The translations under genes and the position numbers were made by a program. 64,000 nucleotides of DNA from Nitrosomonadales bacterium (GTDB taxonomy: Bacteria > Pseudomonadota > Gammaproteobacteria > Burkholderiales > SG8-39): NCBI GenBank assembly GCA_036676355.1, contig JAKFDA010000054.1, positions 12,316-76,315 on the forward strand. Reading direction: 5' to 3'. The notes under the pieces were generated by a model. That model was not told the origin of the DNA, searched no databases, and saw nothing but the letters and a program-made list of their open reading frames with translations. Below, piece by piece: positions 20,293 to 30,205 of this stretch (positions are counted from its first letter, which is position 1; every line of letters begins with the position of its first letter).

Positions 20293-20322
20293 CGTGCACA
20301 AACTAGATAAGGTGTTGCAGGA

Positions 20323-23300
20323 ATGAACAAGCCGAGCGACTTCGATGTCGGCCCGCTGACCTGGGTCAAGGGCGAGATCGATCAAGCGTTGGACCGTTCC
20401 CTGACGGCGCTCAAGGCTTATGCCTCGAGCCCGGGCGAGCCCACTCAACTCAAGTTTTGCCGCACGCATTTTCACCAAGCGCACGGTGCGCTGCAGATCG
20501 TCGGACTGGATGGTGTCACGCGATTGTCCGAGGAAGTGGAAAGCCTGCTTTCAGGCCTGGGCGAAAACGGCGCCGCACCGAGCAGCGCCGCGCTGACCGC
20601 CGCCGAACAGGCCTACCAGTCGATTCGCGCCTATCTGGAAGAATTGCTCAGCGGCGAGCCGAATCAGCCGCTTAAATTGTACGAGGTCTACCAGGCCGTT
20701 TGCGCGGCGCGCGGTCGCGAGGCCGATCTCATCGATCTTTACTATCCGGATTTATCGCGCCGTCCGCCGCGGCGCGAACAGCCGGTCGTCGCCGTATCGG
20801 CGCAGGAAGCGCCGAAGTTTTATAGACGACAACGCACGCGTTATCAGCGCGGCCTGTTGCAGTGGATTCAAAAGGACGAAGCGGGCATCGAGTCGATGCG
20901 TGTTGCGGTTGCCGCGGTCGAAGCCGTGCAGACTTCGCCCGCCCAGCGCGCATTCTGGTGGGTGGCGCTCGGGTTTTTCGATGCGCTGGCCGCGCATGGT
21001 CTGCCCGCGCAACCCACCGTGCACCGCCTGTGCAATCGTATCGAACAGCAATTGAAGCGGCTGGTGGAAGGCTCCACCACTGTGGCCGAACGGCTCATGC
21101 GCGAAGCGCTGTTTGCCGTTGCACGCGCTCAGCCGGTCAGCAATCACGTCAGGCAGGTGCAGGATATCTATGCATTGTCGTCCACGCTGCCCGACGCTCT
21201 CGGCGTGCGTTCGAACCTGGTGGCGCAGCATCCTGCGCTGCGTGCGCTGCGCGATGCGTTGAGCGCTGCGAAAACGGCGTGGAACAAATCGGCGTCCGGT
21301 CATCGCCCGAGCCTCAAGACCTTTGCCGATCAGACGACCTTCATCAATGCGCGCGCAGAAGAACTCGATCATCCGGCTCTCAGCACCCTCGGTGCGGCAC
21401 TCGCCCGTACCGCGCAGTGGTTGCTCGAGCAGCCCGATCGTATCGACGACATTGTCGCCATGGAAGTTGCGACCGCGTTGCTGCTGATTGAAAACGGCGT
21501 CGAGAATCACGCCAAGCTGGGCGACGAGTTCGGCGAGCAGGCAACGCTGATGTGCGAACGGCTGCAGGCTTGTGTGGAGGGTAACATCCTCGGCGCGGCG
21601 GCGCCGGTGCCGGTCCTCGATGAAATGTCGCGTCGCGCCCAGGAGCGTTTGCTGATGAGCCAGGTCGTGGCCGAGATTCAGGCCTCCCTGCGCACCATCG
21701 AGCAGGCGCTCGACGAGTTTTTCCGCGACTCGACCAAGCGCGCGGCATTGTCCGACTTGTCGCGTCCGGTGCGTCAGGTGCTCGGTGCATTCACCATGCT
21801 GAGCGAAGACGAGGCCGCGGCAGTGCTGTCCGGCTGCTTTACCGACATCCAGCGTTTTGCGCAGCCCGGCTACGAGCCTTCTCATGTCGATTTCGAGCGC
21901 GTTGCCGGTGCATTGTCCGGCCTCGGTTTCTATGTCGAGGCGCTGCAGCACGGCAAGGCGAATCTGGACGCCTTCATGAATCCGATCGGCGCGGTCACGC
22001 ACGAGTCGGCGCAGCATGAAGGCCCGAGCGAAGACTCGGTCGAAGACGAAATCAAGGTGGCCAAGGGCGCGCTGGAAAGGCAGTTCGACGCCTGGCGTCA
22101 GCATCCGGAAGACAGCCAACTCAAGGCTGCGCTACAGGCGCAACTGACGGCCATCCACAAGGACGCCAATCTGGTTGCCGATGCAGCGCTGGAACGTCGC
22201 GTGGGGGAAATGCTGGCGTTGCTGGCGGGTGCCGATGCGCAGCCGTTCGACGCCGAAATCTCGCAGGTGATGCAGAACATCGCGCCGGCGACGGCGGTTG
22301 CGCAACCCTCCCCCGAAGCGGCCAAACTGCTCTCGGCAAGCGATGAAATCGTCGATGCGGAACTGCTGGCGGTTTATCTGGAGGAAGCCGGCGAGGTCCT
22401 GAACACCATTGCCGAACATCTGGACATGGCGCGCGAGCAGCCGCAGAACATGGACGTGCTGCGCACCATTCGTCGCGGCTACCACACTCTGAAGGGCAGC
22501 GGCCGCATGGTCGGCCTGACGCGCCTGAGCGAAGGCGCGTGGGCGATCGAGCAGGTCATGAATCGCTGGCTTGAAGACGAGCACGCGGCGACGCCGGATC
22601 TGCTGACGTTGATTGATGAGGGCCGCAAGTTTTTTGCCGGCGCGGTCGAAGTATTGAAAGAAGGTGGAACCAGCCCGGACGAAAGCGCGGTGGTTGCCAT
22701 GGCGCAACACGTCAAACAGGGTCGGCCGCTCTCCGAGTTCTCCGCGCCTGGCGATCTTGCTGCACCCGTTACCGCCGATGCGCCGCCGGCGTCGCCAATC
22801 GAGTCTGCGACTGGCAAGGAGGCGGAAAAGTTTTCGCTCGACTTCACCCAGCCCATCGATCCGCTGCCGCCTGAGTTCCTGCGGCCGCCCGTTGAAACGA
22901 CTGCGGAGGCGGTGACCGCCGACTATGGCGAGGCCGTTCTGATCGGCGACGTTGAACTGTCACGCTCGCTATTTTCGATTTTCATTACCGAAGCGCAGGA
23001 ACTGTTGACCGAGCTGCGCAAGGCGCATGCTTCGCCGTTGCCCGGGGCGTTCGATGAAGATTTCAGGCGCTCCCTGCACACGCTGACGGGGATTGCCGGC
23101 ACCGCAAAGTTCGCAGCCATCCGCAATGTCAGCGAGGCGCTCGAGGAATTGCTGGCGCGCCTGGCACAAGCGGCGCCCGACCCCGACGCGCGCTCGGCGA
23201 TCGGCGCCGGACTTGACGCACTCGAGGCCATGGTGCGTGCGGCCGCCGACATGCGTCTGCCCGAGGCCGTACCGGATCTGCTGGCACGCTTGAGCATGAC

Positions 23301-25827
23301 TGCGACAGAAGCGCCCGATGTGGCGGCGGAGAGTTTCGATGCAACCGCTTCGCTCGACACCATCGCATTGTCGCTCGATGAGTTCACTGACGTTGATGCG
23401 CCGATCGAACTTGATTTCTCCGCCATTGCCCCGACGCCGCCCGAACAGAACGTCGTGCATTTCCCGCACTACGCGACCGAGGTCGAGCCCACCGCAGAGG
23501 CGGAAGAAAGCGGTGACGATGGTTCGGAGAGTGAACACGCGGCCATCCGCGATGACCTCGATCCGCAATTGCTGCCGATCTTTCTTGAAGAAGCGCAGGA
23601 GCTGGTGCCCTCAATCGGCCGCGGGTTGCGTGATTGGCGCGACAATCCCACCAACGTCGCAGCGGGGCACGGATTGCAGCGCGTGCTACATACGCTGAAG
23701 GGTTCGGCGCGCATGGCGGGCGCCATGGCGATCGGCGAATTGACGCACGCTATGGAGACCCGCGTCGAGAACGCAGTGGCCCTCAAGACGCTGCCCGTCA
23801 CGTTGTTCGAAGAGCTCGAGAATGCTTACGATCGCGTGAGCGCGCTGCACGAGCGCCTGCTCAATCCGGATGTCGCGCACGAACCCGACGTTGTGGCGAT
23901 GCCGGAAGAAACGCTCGAAGGCGCGGCGCCCGGTGTGTCCGCGCCGGAGACGCACGCCGCGGCGTCGATCGCGCCGGCCATTGCCCCGGAAGAGGCGGAA
24001 GTCGTGGCGCAGCAGCGCGCGCTGCTGCGCGTGCGCGCGGACGTGATCGACCGTCTGGTCAACGAAGCCGGCGAGGTCAGTATTTCGCGCAGCCGCATCG
24101 AAGGCGAAATGCGCAACTTGAAGGGCGCGGTGCACGACCTGACGGAAAACGTCAGCCGGCTGCGCGCGCAATTGCGCGAAATCGAGATTCAGGCCGAGTC
24201 GCAGATGCAGTCGAAGATGTCGCTGGCGCAGGAACAGCATGAGCAGTTCGATCCGCTCGAATTCGACCGTTTCACGCGCTTCCAGGAACTTACGCGGATG
24301 ATGGCCGAGAGCGTCAACGACGTTTCGACCGTGCACAACAACCTGCTCAAGTCGCTCGACGAATCCGACGCGGCGCTGTCCGCACAGGGGCGCCTGACGC
24401 GCGAACTGCAGAGCAATCTGATGCGTATCCGCATGGTGCCGTTCGCCAGCGTGAGCGAACGGCTCTATCGCGTGGTGCGACAGGCGGCCAAGGACAGCGG
24501 CAAGCGCGCGGTGCTCGATGTGCGCGGCAGCCAGGTGGAACTTGATCGCTCGGTATTGGAGCGCATTACCGCGCCGTTTGAACACATGCTGCGTAATTGC
24601 GTCGCGCACGGCATCGAAACCCAGGCGGTGCGCGCCGAACGCGGTAAAGCGCAGACTGGCGAAATCAGGATCGAGGTGCGTCAGGAAGGCAACGAGGTCA
24701 TGCTGACCATTTCCGACGATGGCGGCGGTCTGGACTTCGATCGCATTCGTGCCAAAGCCGAAAGCCTGGGGCTGATCGAGGCAGGCACCGAGCTTGGTCA
24801 TGATGAGATCGCCAAATTCATTTTCCATCCCGGCTTCTCTACCGTGGACGAGGTGACCCAACTGGCCGGGCGCGGCGTCGGCATGGACGTGGTGCAAAGC
24901 GAAATCGCCGCACTGGGCGGTCGTGTGGACACGCAGTCCATACCGGGCAAGGGCACCAGTTTTACCGTCTTCCTGCCGTTGACGACAGCAGTGACGCAGG
25001 CCGTACTGGTGCGCGCGGCGGGCTATACCTATGCCATTCCGTCGGTCATGGTGGAGCAGATCCGTCAGTTCAAGGCCGACGAATTGCGGCGTTGCCACGA
25101 GGCCGGCGAGGTCCGTTGGCAGGACCGCGGCTTCCCGCTGCGTTATTTACCGCGCCTGCTGGGGGATGCGGCGCAGCAGCCGGAAACGCAGCGCATCACG
25201 CCGATCATGCTGGCACGCAGCGGGAACAGTCTGGCGGCCGTGCAGATCGACGAGGTGATCGGCAACCAGGAAATTGTGGTCAAGAACACCGGGCCTCTGC
25301 TCGCCCGCGTAATCGGCATTACCGGTGCAACGGTGCTCGGTACCGGCGAAATAGTGTTGATTCTCAACCCGGTGGTGCTGGCGCAACATGAACGAACCGC
25401 GGTGCAAACGCCTGTTTTCGTGCCAACTGTCGAGCCGGATGCGCCGAGCGCACCGACCGTCATGATCGTCGACGATTCGCTCACCGTTCGCAAGATCACC
25501 GGCCGTCTGCTGTCGCGCGAGGGTTATCAGGTGCTGACCGCCAAGGATGGCGTCGATGCGATGGAGCAACTGCAGGATGCGCGACCGGACGTCATGCTGG
25601 TGGATATCGAAATGCCGCGTATGGACGGCTTCGATCTGACGCGCAACATTCGCAACGACGGCAAACTGAAGCACATTCCGATCATCATGATCACGTCGCG
25701 CACGGCCGAGAAACACCGCAACTACGCGGCACAGATCGGCGTGAACGTTTATCTGGGCAAGCCGTTCCAGGAAGACCAGCTGCTCGAGCACATTTCGGCC
25801 TTTGTTCAGCGCCCGGCGCTGGTTTGA
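20323..25827 (+). CDS. chpA: ChpA-type hybrid CheA histidine kinase (multiple Hpt modules, HATPase, CheW-like domain, C-terminal receiver)
   Basis: 1834 aa. Hpt-like sites: FHQAHGALQIVGL, YHTLKGSGRMVG, LHTLTGIAGTAKF and LHTLKGSARMAG. It has a CheA dimerisation/HATPase region (GRGVGMDVV, GKGTSF), a CheW-like region, and a receiver (VMIVDDSLTVRK...VDIEMPRMDG...GKPF). Confidence 0.9.
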   Translation: MNKPSDFDVGPLTWVKGEIDQALDRSLTALKAYASSPGEPTQLKFCRTHFHQAHGALQIVGLDGVTRLSEEVESLLSGLGENGAAPSSAALTAAEQAYQSIRAYLEELLSGEPNQPLKLYEVYQAVCAARGREADLIDLYYPDLSRRPPRREQPVVAVSAQEAPKFYRRQRTRYQRGLLQWIQKDEAGIESMRVAVAAVEAVQTSPAQRAFWWVALGFFDALAAHGLPAQPTVHRLCNRIEQQLKRLVEGSTTVAERLMREALFAVARAQPVSNHVRQVQDIYALSSTLPDALGVRSNLVAQHPALRALRDALSAAKTAWNKSASGHRPSLKTFADQTTFINARAEELDHPALSTLGAALARTAQWLLEQPDRIDDIVAMEVATALLLIENGVENHAKLGDEFGEQATLMCERLQACVEGNILGAAAPVPVLDEMSRRAQERLLMSQVVAEIQASLRTIEQALDEFFRDSTKRAALSDLSRPVRQVLGAFTMLSEDEAAAVLSGCFTDIQRFAQPGYEPSHVDFERVAGALSGLGFYVEALQHGKANLDAFMNPIGAVTHESAQHEGPSEDSVEDEIKVAKGALERQFDAWRQHPEDSQLKAALQAQLTAIHKDANLVADAALERRVGEMLALLAGADAQPFDAEISQVMQNIAPATAVAQPSPEAAKLLSASDEIVDAELLAVYLEEAGEVLNTIAEHLDMAREQPQNMDVLRTIRRGYHTLKGSGRMVGLTRLSEGAWAIEQVMNRWLEDEHAATPDLLTLIDEGRKFFAGAVEVLKEGGTSPDESAVVAMAQHVKQGRPLSEFSAPGDLAAPVTADAPPASPIESATGKEAEKFSLDFTQPIDPLPPEFLRPPVETTAEAVTADYGEAVLIGDVELSRSLFSIFITEAQELLTELRKAHASPLPGAFDEDFRRSLHTLTGIAGTAKFAAIRNVSEALEELLARLAQAAPDPDARSAIGAGLDALEAMVRAAADMRLPEAVPDLLARLSMTATEAPDVAAESFDATASLDTIALSLDEFTDVDAPIELDFSAIAPTPPEQNVVHFPHYATEVEPTAEAEESGDDGSESEHAAIRDDLDPQLLPIFLEEAQELVPSIGRGLRDWRDNPTNVAAGHGLQRVLHTLKGSARMAGAMAIGELTHAMETRVENAVALKTLPVTLFEELENAYDRVSALHERLLNPDVAHEPDVVAMPEETLEGAAPGVSAPETHAAASIAPAIAPEEAEVVAQQRALLRVRADVIDRLVNEAGEVSISRSRIEGEMRNLKGAVHDLTENVSRLRAQLREIEIQAESQMQSKMSLAQEQHEQFDPLEFDRFTRFQELTRMMAESVNDVSTVHNNLLKSLDESDAALSAQGRLTRELQSNLMRIRMVPFASVSERLYRVVRQAAKDSGKRAVLDVRGSQVELDRSVLERITAPFEHMLRNCVAHGIETQAVRAERGKAQTGEIRIEVRQEGNEVMLTISDDGGGLDFDRIRAKAESLGLIEAGTELGHDEIAKFIFHPGFSTVDEVTQLAGRGVGMDVVQSEIAALGGRVDTQSIPGKGTSFTVFLPLTTAVTQAVLVRAAGYTYAIPSVMVEQIRQFKADELRRCHEAGEVRWQDRGFPLRYLPRLLGDAAQQPETQRITPIMLARSGNSLAAVQIDEVIGNQEIVVKNTGPLLARVIGITGATVLGTGEIVLILNPVVLAQHERTAVQTPVFVPTVEPDAPSAPTVMIVDDSLTVRKITGRLLSREGYQVLTAKDGVDAMEQLQDARPDVMLVDIEMPRMDGFDLTRNIRNDGKLKHIPIIMITSRTAEKHRNYAAQIGVNVYLGKPFQEDQLLEHISAFVQRPALV

Positions 25828-25838
25828 TCGCCCGAGAC

Positions 25839-25863
25839 GCGCCTGCGTCAAGGCGCATTTTCC
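25839..25863 (+). terminator. Weak candidate intrinsic terminator after chpA
   Basis: GCGCCT (25839-44), loop GCGTCA, AGGCGC (25851-56), followed by ATTTTCC. The stem and U-run are both short. Confidence 0.3.
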
Positions 25864-26026
25864 ACGGGCGCGCCGTGGCGCACGCCGGCAATGCGCCGGC
25901 CCGCGGACGGCAAGATTGTCACAGTACGTGAAATGGCGCGCCGGCCCGGCTTGCCGCGATCCAGCGTTGAGCATCCGCAGCGCGAACAGGTCGCGCGGCG
26001 ACCGACTCCGCAGGTAGAATGCGGGC

Positions 26027-26587
26027 GTGGCCAGCGTCAATCTCACCAACCATTTCCTCATCGCCATGCCGAACATGGTTGATCCTTATTTTGCCCGGTC
26101 GCTAACGCTGGTCTGTGAACACAGCGACCAGGGCGCATTGGGTGTTGTGATCAACCGACCGATCGACATGAGTCTGCAAACCCTGTTCGAGCGTCTCAGT
26201 CTCGAACTGGAGCCGCGCGATCTGCATGAAATGCCGGTCTATTTCGGCGGCCCGGTACAGACCGATCGCGGCTTTGTGCTGCACACGCCGGTCGGGCCGT
26301 GGAGTTCCACGTTATCGGTCAGCGCGCAGGTCGGCATGACCACTTCGCGCGATATCCTTGAAGCGGTCGGCGGGGGCAGCGGCCCGCAGCGCCTGATGGT
26401 CACCCTCGGCTATTCCGGTTGGGCCGCCGGCCAACTCGAGCATGAGATCAAACAGAATGCATGGCTCACCGTGCCCGCTGCCGATCAAATCATTTTCGAC
26501 CTGCCGGCCGAAGAGCGATTGCCCGCCGCGATGCAATTGCTCGGCGTGTCGTACGCCAGCCTGTCGGACGAGGCCGGGCATGCCTGA
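26027..26587 (+). CDS. yqgE: YqgE/AlgH family protein (UPF0301)
   Basis: GTG start. [40 protein letters not shown] matches the YqgE N-terminal pattern. Confidence 0.85.
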   Translation: MASVNLTNHFLIAMPNMVDPYFARSLTLVCEHSDQGALGVVINRPIDMSLQTLFERLSLELEPRDLHEMPVYFGGPVQTDRGFVLHTPVGPWSSTLSVSAQVGMTTSRDILEAVGGGSGPQRLMVTLGYSGWAAGQLEHEIKQNAWLTVPAADQIIFDLPAEERLPAAMQLLGVSYASLSDEAGHA

Positions 26588-27065
26588 GCCGCTCGGCACG
26601 TCGATGAGCGATCCATCCGTTCCATCCACGCTTCCCGCTCCCGCCGGGGGCACGGTGCTGGCGTTCGATTTCGGCCTGCGTCACCTCGGCGTGGCGGTCG
26701 GCGAGGCGAGCCTCGGCTTCGCACATCCTTTAACCAGCATCGACGCGGAAGCGAACGAAATTCGTTTTGCCGAGGTCGCGAAGCTGATTGCGGAGTGGCA
26801 GCCAAGCTTGTTTGTGCTCGGCCTGCCCCTGAACATGGACGGCAGCGAACACGAATTCACGCGCAGGGCGCGGCGTTTCGCGCGCCAGCTTGAAGGGCGT
26901 TTCGGCGTGCCGGTGGCTTTCGTCGATGAACGGCTCACCTCGGTGGAGGCCGAATCGCAATTGCGCGAGATCGGTCGCGGCGGGCGCATGTATAAATCCC
27001 TGTCGCATCCCGTTGCGGCGCAAATCATTCTGCAGAACTATTTCGATGACTATCTCGCTACCTGA
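26580..27065 (+). CDS. ruvX: Putative pre-16S rRNA nuclease / Holliday-junction-resolvase-like YqgF
   Basis: [17 protein letters not shown] and [10 protein letters not shown] motifs. The start at 26580 overlaps the yqgE stop; an alternative start is 26604. Confidence 0.85.
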   Translation: MPEPLGTSMSDPSVPSTLPAPAGGTVLAFDFGLRHLGVAVGEASLGFAHPLTSIDAEANEIRFAEVAKLIAEWQPSLFVLGLPLNMDGSEHEFTRRARRFARQLEGRFGVPVAFVDERLTSVEAESQLREIGRGGRMYKSLSHPVAAQIILQNYFDDYLAT

Positions 27066-27555
27066 CGCAGAAGCGCTTTACGCCGAACTTCTCGCCCAAC
27101 TCCGACCGAACATCAAACCCGATACCGGATTGGTGGGAATTTATACCGGGGGCGTCTGGCTTGCCGAACGCCTGCATGCCGACCTGGGTTTGCAAGTACC
27201 GCTCGGCGCAATCGACATTTCGTTCTATCGCGACGATTTTCATCAAGCGGGGCTGAAGCAGGACATCAAGCGCTCGCACATCCCGTTCGAGGTGGCGGAC
27301 CGGCATATCCTGCTGGTCGACGACGTGCTCTATACCGGCCGCACGGTGCGCGGCGCGATGAACGAACTGTTCGATTATGGACGCCCGGCAAGCATCGGCC
27401 TGGTCGTGCTGGCTGACCGAGGCGGTCGCGAACTGCCGATTTATGCCGAGTATGTGGCAACGAATGTCGACGTGCCGGCCGGCTCGATGCTGGTGCTCGA
27501 TCGCGACGCGGGCGGAAAGTTTTCCTTGCGCCTGGACGATGGTCGTCAGGAGTGA
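27046..27555 (+). CDS. pyrR: PyrR (pyrimidine operon regulator / uracil phosphoribosyltransferase family)
   Basis: It has the PRPP-binding motif [17 protein letters not shown] and a size of 169 aa. Its start overlaps the ruvX 3' end by 20 nt. Confidence 0.85.
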   Translation: MTISLPDAEALYAELLAQLRPNIKPDTGLVGIYTGGVWLAERLHADLGLQVPLGAIDISFYRDDFHQAGLKQDIKRSHIPFEVADRHILLVDDVLYTGRTVRGAMNELFDYGRPASIGLVVLADRGGRELPIYAEYVATNVDVPAGSMLVLDRDAGGKFSLRLDDGRQE

Positions 27556-27574
27556 GGCGTTGCAACACTGCGTG

Positions 27575-27603
27575 CCGTCGGCGTTGCGCCGGACGGTTCT
27601 TAT
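27575..27603 (+). promoter_or_regulatory. Hairpin plus T-rich tail in the pyrR-pyrB spacer (candidate attenuator or terminator)
   Basis: CCGTCGGCG-TTG-CGCCGGACGG forms a stem of about 9 bp with one bulge, followed by TTCTTAT. Confidence 0.3.
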
Positions 27604-27654
27604 CGATACTTTCGCCCCGACGCACCTGTGTTGCGATACTCGTGGCGTTCAATC

Positions 27655-28614
27655 ATGATTCCGATGCGTAATCCGCAACTCAACGAAAAGGGCGAGCTGC
27701 AGCACTTGCTCACCATCGAGGGCCTGCCGCGTGAGGTCCTGATTCACATCCTCGACACCGCAGCATCCTTCGTCGGCGTTACGGAGCGCGACGTGAAGAA
27801 GGTGCCTTTGCTACGCGGACAGTCGGTCTTCAACCTGTTTTTCGAAAACTCGACCCGTACCCGGACGACATTCGAAATCGCGGCGAAGCGGCTGTCGGCG
27901 GATGTCATCAACCTCAACATCAACACCTCCTCCACTTCCAAGGGCGAGTCGCTACTCGACACGGTCGACAATCTCACCGCAATGCACGCCGACATGTTTG
28001 TGGTCCGGCATGCGCAAAGCGGTGCGGCCCACCTGATCGCGCAACACGTTGCCTCCCATCTGCATGTCATCAATGCCGGCGACGGTCGGCATGCGCACCC
28101 CACTCAGGGCTTGCTCGACGCTTACACCATCCGGCATTACAAGAAGGACTTCACCGGTTTGTCGGTGGTGATCGTCGGCGATGTGCTGCACTCGCGCGTT
28201 GCGCGTTCGTTGATTCACGCGCTTACCACGCTCGGCACGCCGGATTTGCGCGTCATCGGTCCGAAGACCTTGCTGCCGACGGGCGTCGAGCATCTTGGCG
28301 TGCGCGTCTTTCACGATATGAGCGAAGGGCTTCGCGGAGTGGACGTGATCGTGATGTTGCGGCTGCAGAACGAGCGCATGCGCGGCCCCTTGCTGCCCAG
28401 TGCGCAGGAGTATTTCAAGTCGTACGGTCTGACGCCGGAAAAACTCGCGTTGGCCAAGCCGGATGCCATCGTGATGCATCCGGGGCCGATGAACCGCGGC
28501 GTCGAAATCGATTCGGCAGTGGCCGATGGGCGGCAGGCCGTCATCCTGCCGCAAGTCACCTTCGGCATCGCGGTCCGCATGGCGGTCATGTCCATCCTTG
28601 CCGGGAATTCATAA
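27655..28614 (+). CDS. pyrB: Aspartate carbamoyltransferase catalytic subunit
   Basis: It carries the [11 protein letters not shown] (STRTR) and [12 protein letters not shown] (HPTQ) motifs and ends with a [10 protein letters not shown]-containing C-terminus. The start is 27655 or 27664. Confidence 0.92.
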   Translation: MIPMRNPQLNEKGELQHLLTIEGLPREVLIHILDTAASFVGVTERDVKKVPLLRGQSVFNLFFENSTRTRTTFEIAAKRLSADVINLNINTSSTSKGESLLDTVDNLTAMHADMFVVRHAQSGAAHLIAQHVASHLHVINAGDGRHAHPTQGLLDAYTIRHYKKDFTGLSVVIVGDVLHSRVARSLIHALTTLGTPDLRVIGPKTLLPTGVEHLGVRVFHDMSEGLRGVDVIVMLRLQNERMRGPLLPSAQEYFKSYGLTPEKLALAKPDAIVMHPGPMNRGVEIDSAVADGRQAVILPQVTFGIAVRMAVMSILAGNS

Positions 28615-28626
28615 GCATAAGCGCGC

Positions 28627-29904
28627 ATGAAGACGCATATCAAAAATGGTCGTGTGATCGACCCGAAGAGCGGCCTCGATACGGTGCAGGATTTGTATTT
28701 GGGCGATGGAAAAGTGCTCGCTTTCGACGCGCCGCCGACCGGTTTCAAGGCCGATCGCACCATCGATGCGACCGGCCTCATCGTCATGCCGGGCCTGGTC
28801 GACCTGGCCGCCCGGCTGCGCGAACCGGGCTTCGAACACAAGGCGACCCTGCATTCGGAAATGCACGCGGCGATCGCCGGTGGCGTGACGAGCCTGGCCT
28901 GCCCGCCGGACACCGATCCGCCGCTGGATGAGCCCGGCTTGGTCGAGATGCTGAAGCACCGCGCGCGCGTACTCAACCTCGCGCACGTATATCCCGTCGG
29001 CGCCCTCACGGCGAAGCTCGGAGGCGAACGCCTCACAGAGATGGCGGAATTGCGCGATGCCGGCTGTGTCGCCTACTCGCAGGCCGAGCGACAGATCGTC
29101 GATACAGAGGTGTTGTGGCGCGCGTTGCAATACGCAGCCACCTTCAATTTCGCCGTCTGGCTGCGACCCGAAGATCCCTATCTGGCTAAAACCGGCGTCG
29201 CGCATGACGGCGAAGTGGCGACGCGACTGGGCCTGCCCGGCATCCCGGCATTCGCGGAAACGATCGCGCTGGCCGGCTTGCTCCAACTCGTGCGCGCCAC
29301 CGGGACGCGCGTCCATCTATGCCGGCTGTCGACGGCCGATGCGGTCAATCTGGTGCGCGAAGCGAAGCGCGACGGCTTGCCGATCACCTGCGACGTCGGC
29401 GTGCATCACTTGCATATGTCCGAGATGGATATCGGCTATTTCGACGCCCATTGCCATGTCGCGCCGCCCTTCCGCGCACTACGCGATCGCGATGCCTTGC
29501 GTGCCGCGCTGCGCGAAGGCGTGATCGATGCCGTGTGTTCGGATCACACGCCGCTCGACGAGGACGTGAAACAGATCCCCTTCGAAGAATCCGAACCGGG
29601 CGCGACCGGACTGGAACTGTTGTTGCCCTTGACGCTGAAGTGGGCGCAGGAGTCGAAATTGCCGCTGGTGCAGGCGTTCGCGCGCGTCACCAGCGATGCG
29701 GCGCGGGTATTGAACATCGACGCTGGCCATCTGAGCGTGAATTCGATGGCGGACGTCTGCGTGTTCGACCCGGACGCGTGGCTCAAAGTGAGCCGCGAAA
29801 CACTGAAGAGCCAGGGCAAGAACACGCCGTTCCTGGGATACGAGTTGCCCGGTGTGGTGCGCTACACCTTCGTCGCCGGTCATCTCTGCTACGAGGCGCG
29901 CTAA
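28627..29904 (+). CDS. pyrC: Dihydroorotase-like protein, probably the non-catalytic PyrC' partner of ATCase
   Basis: Amidohydrolase/DHOase-like over its full length, but the metal-binding DxHxH motif reads DLAARLREPG (28801-28830), so both His residues are replaced. It lies directly downstream of pyrB. Confidence 0.8.
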   Translation: MKTHIKNGRVIDPKSGLDTVQDLYLGDGKVLAFDAPPTGFKADRTIDATGLIVMPGLVDLAARLREPGFEHKATLHSEMHAAIAGGVTSLACPPDTDPPLDEPGLVEMLKHRARVLNLAHVYPVGALTAKLGGERLTEMAELRDAGCVAYSQAERQIVDTEVLWRALQYAATFNFAVWLRPEDPYLAKTGVAHDGEVATRLGLPGIPAFAETIALAGLLQLVRATGTRVHLCRLSTADAVNLVREAKRDGLPITCDVGVHHLHMSEMDIGYFDAHCHVAPPFRALRDRDALRAALREGVIDAVCSDHTPLDEDVKQIPFEESEPGATGLELLLPLTLKWAQESKLPLVQAFARVTSDAARVLNIDAGHLSVNSMADVCVFDPDAWLKVSRETLKSQGKNTPFLGYELPGVVRYTFVAGHLCYEAR

Positions 29905-29920
29905 CGCTGCGCAAAGCGGA

Positions 29921-30205
29921 TCAACGCTCCAGCAGGCGGTTCGGATCGATTTCGGTATCGGCGATTTCCACCAGTTTCGCCCGTGCCTGCAACCCCTTCG
30001 ATACGCGCAGCTTGCTGCGCGGTAATCCTAGGCGCTGCGCCAGAAACTCGATCAGCGCTTCATTCGCCCGTCCTTCCAGCGGCGGGGCGGCGACGCGTAC
30101 CTTCAGTCGCTCGCCGTGCAGTCCGCTGATCTCGGATCGCTTCGCACCCGGTTGCGCGTGCACCGCCACAACATAGCCGGTAGCGGTCTTGCTGAACCAG
30201 GTCAC
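29921..30205 (-). CDS. DUF167 (YggU) family protein
   Basis: The 94-aa product contains VRVAAPPLEGRANEALIEFLA. Its start overlaps the yggT stop by 4 nt. Confidence 0.8.
   Translation of the reverse strand: MTWFSKTATGYVVAVHAQPGAKRSEISGLHGERLKVRVAAPPLEGRANEALIEFLAQRLGLPRSKLRVSKGLQARAKLVEIADTEIDPNRLLER

Noticed and set aside
20752-22119. A 455-aa ORF on the minus strand inside chpA. Similar ORFs lie at 23686-25098 (470 aa), 22969-23568 and 25147-26076.
   Set aside because: These ORFs are entirely antisense to a well-supported, motif-rich gene. Their translations are Arg/Ala/Gly-rich low-complexity sequence with no motifs. Long antisense ORFs are expected in ~63% GC DNA, where stop codons are rare in the complementary frame.
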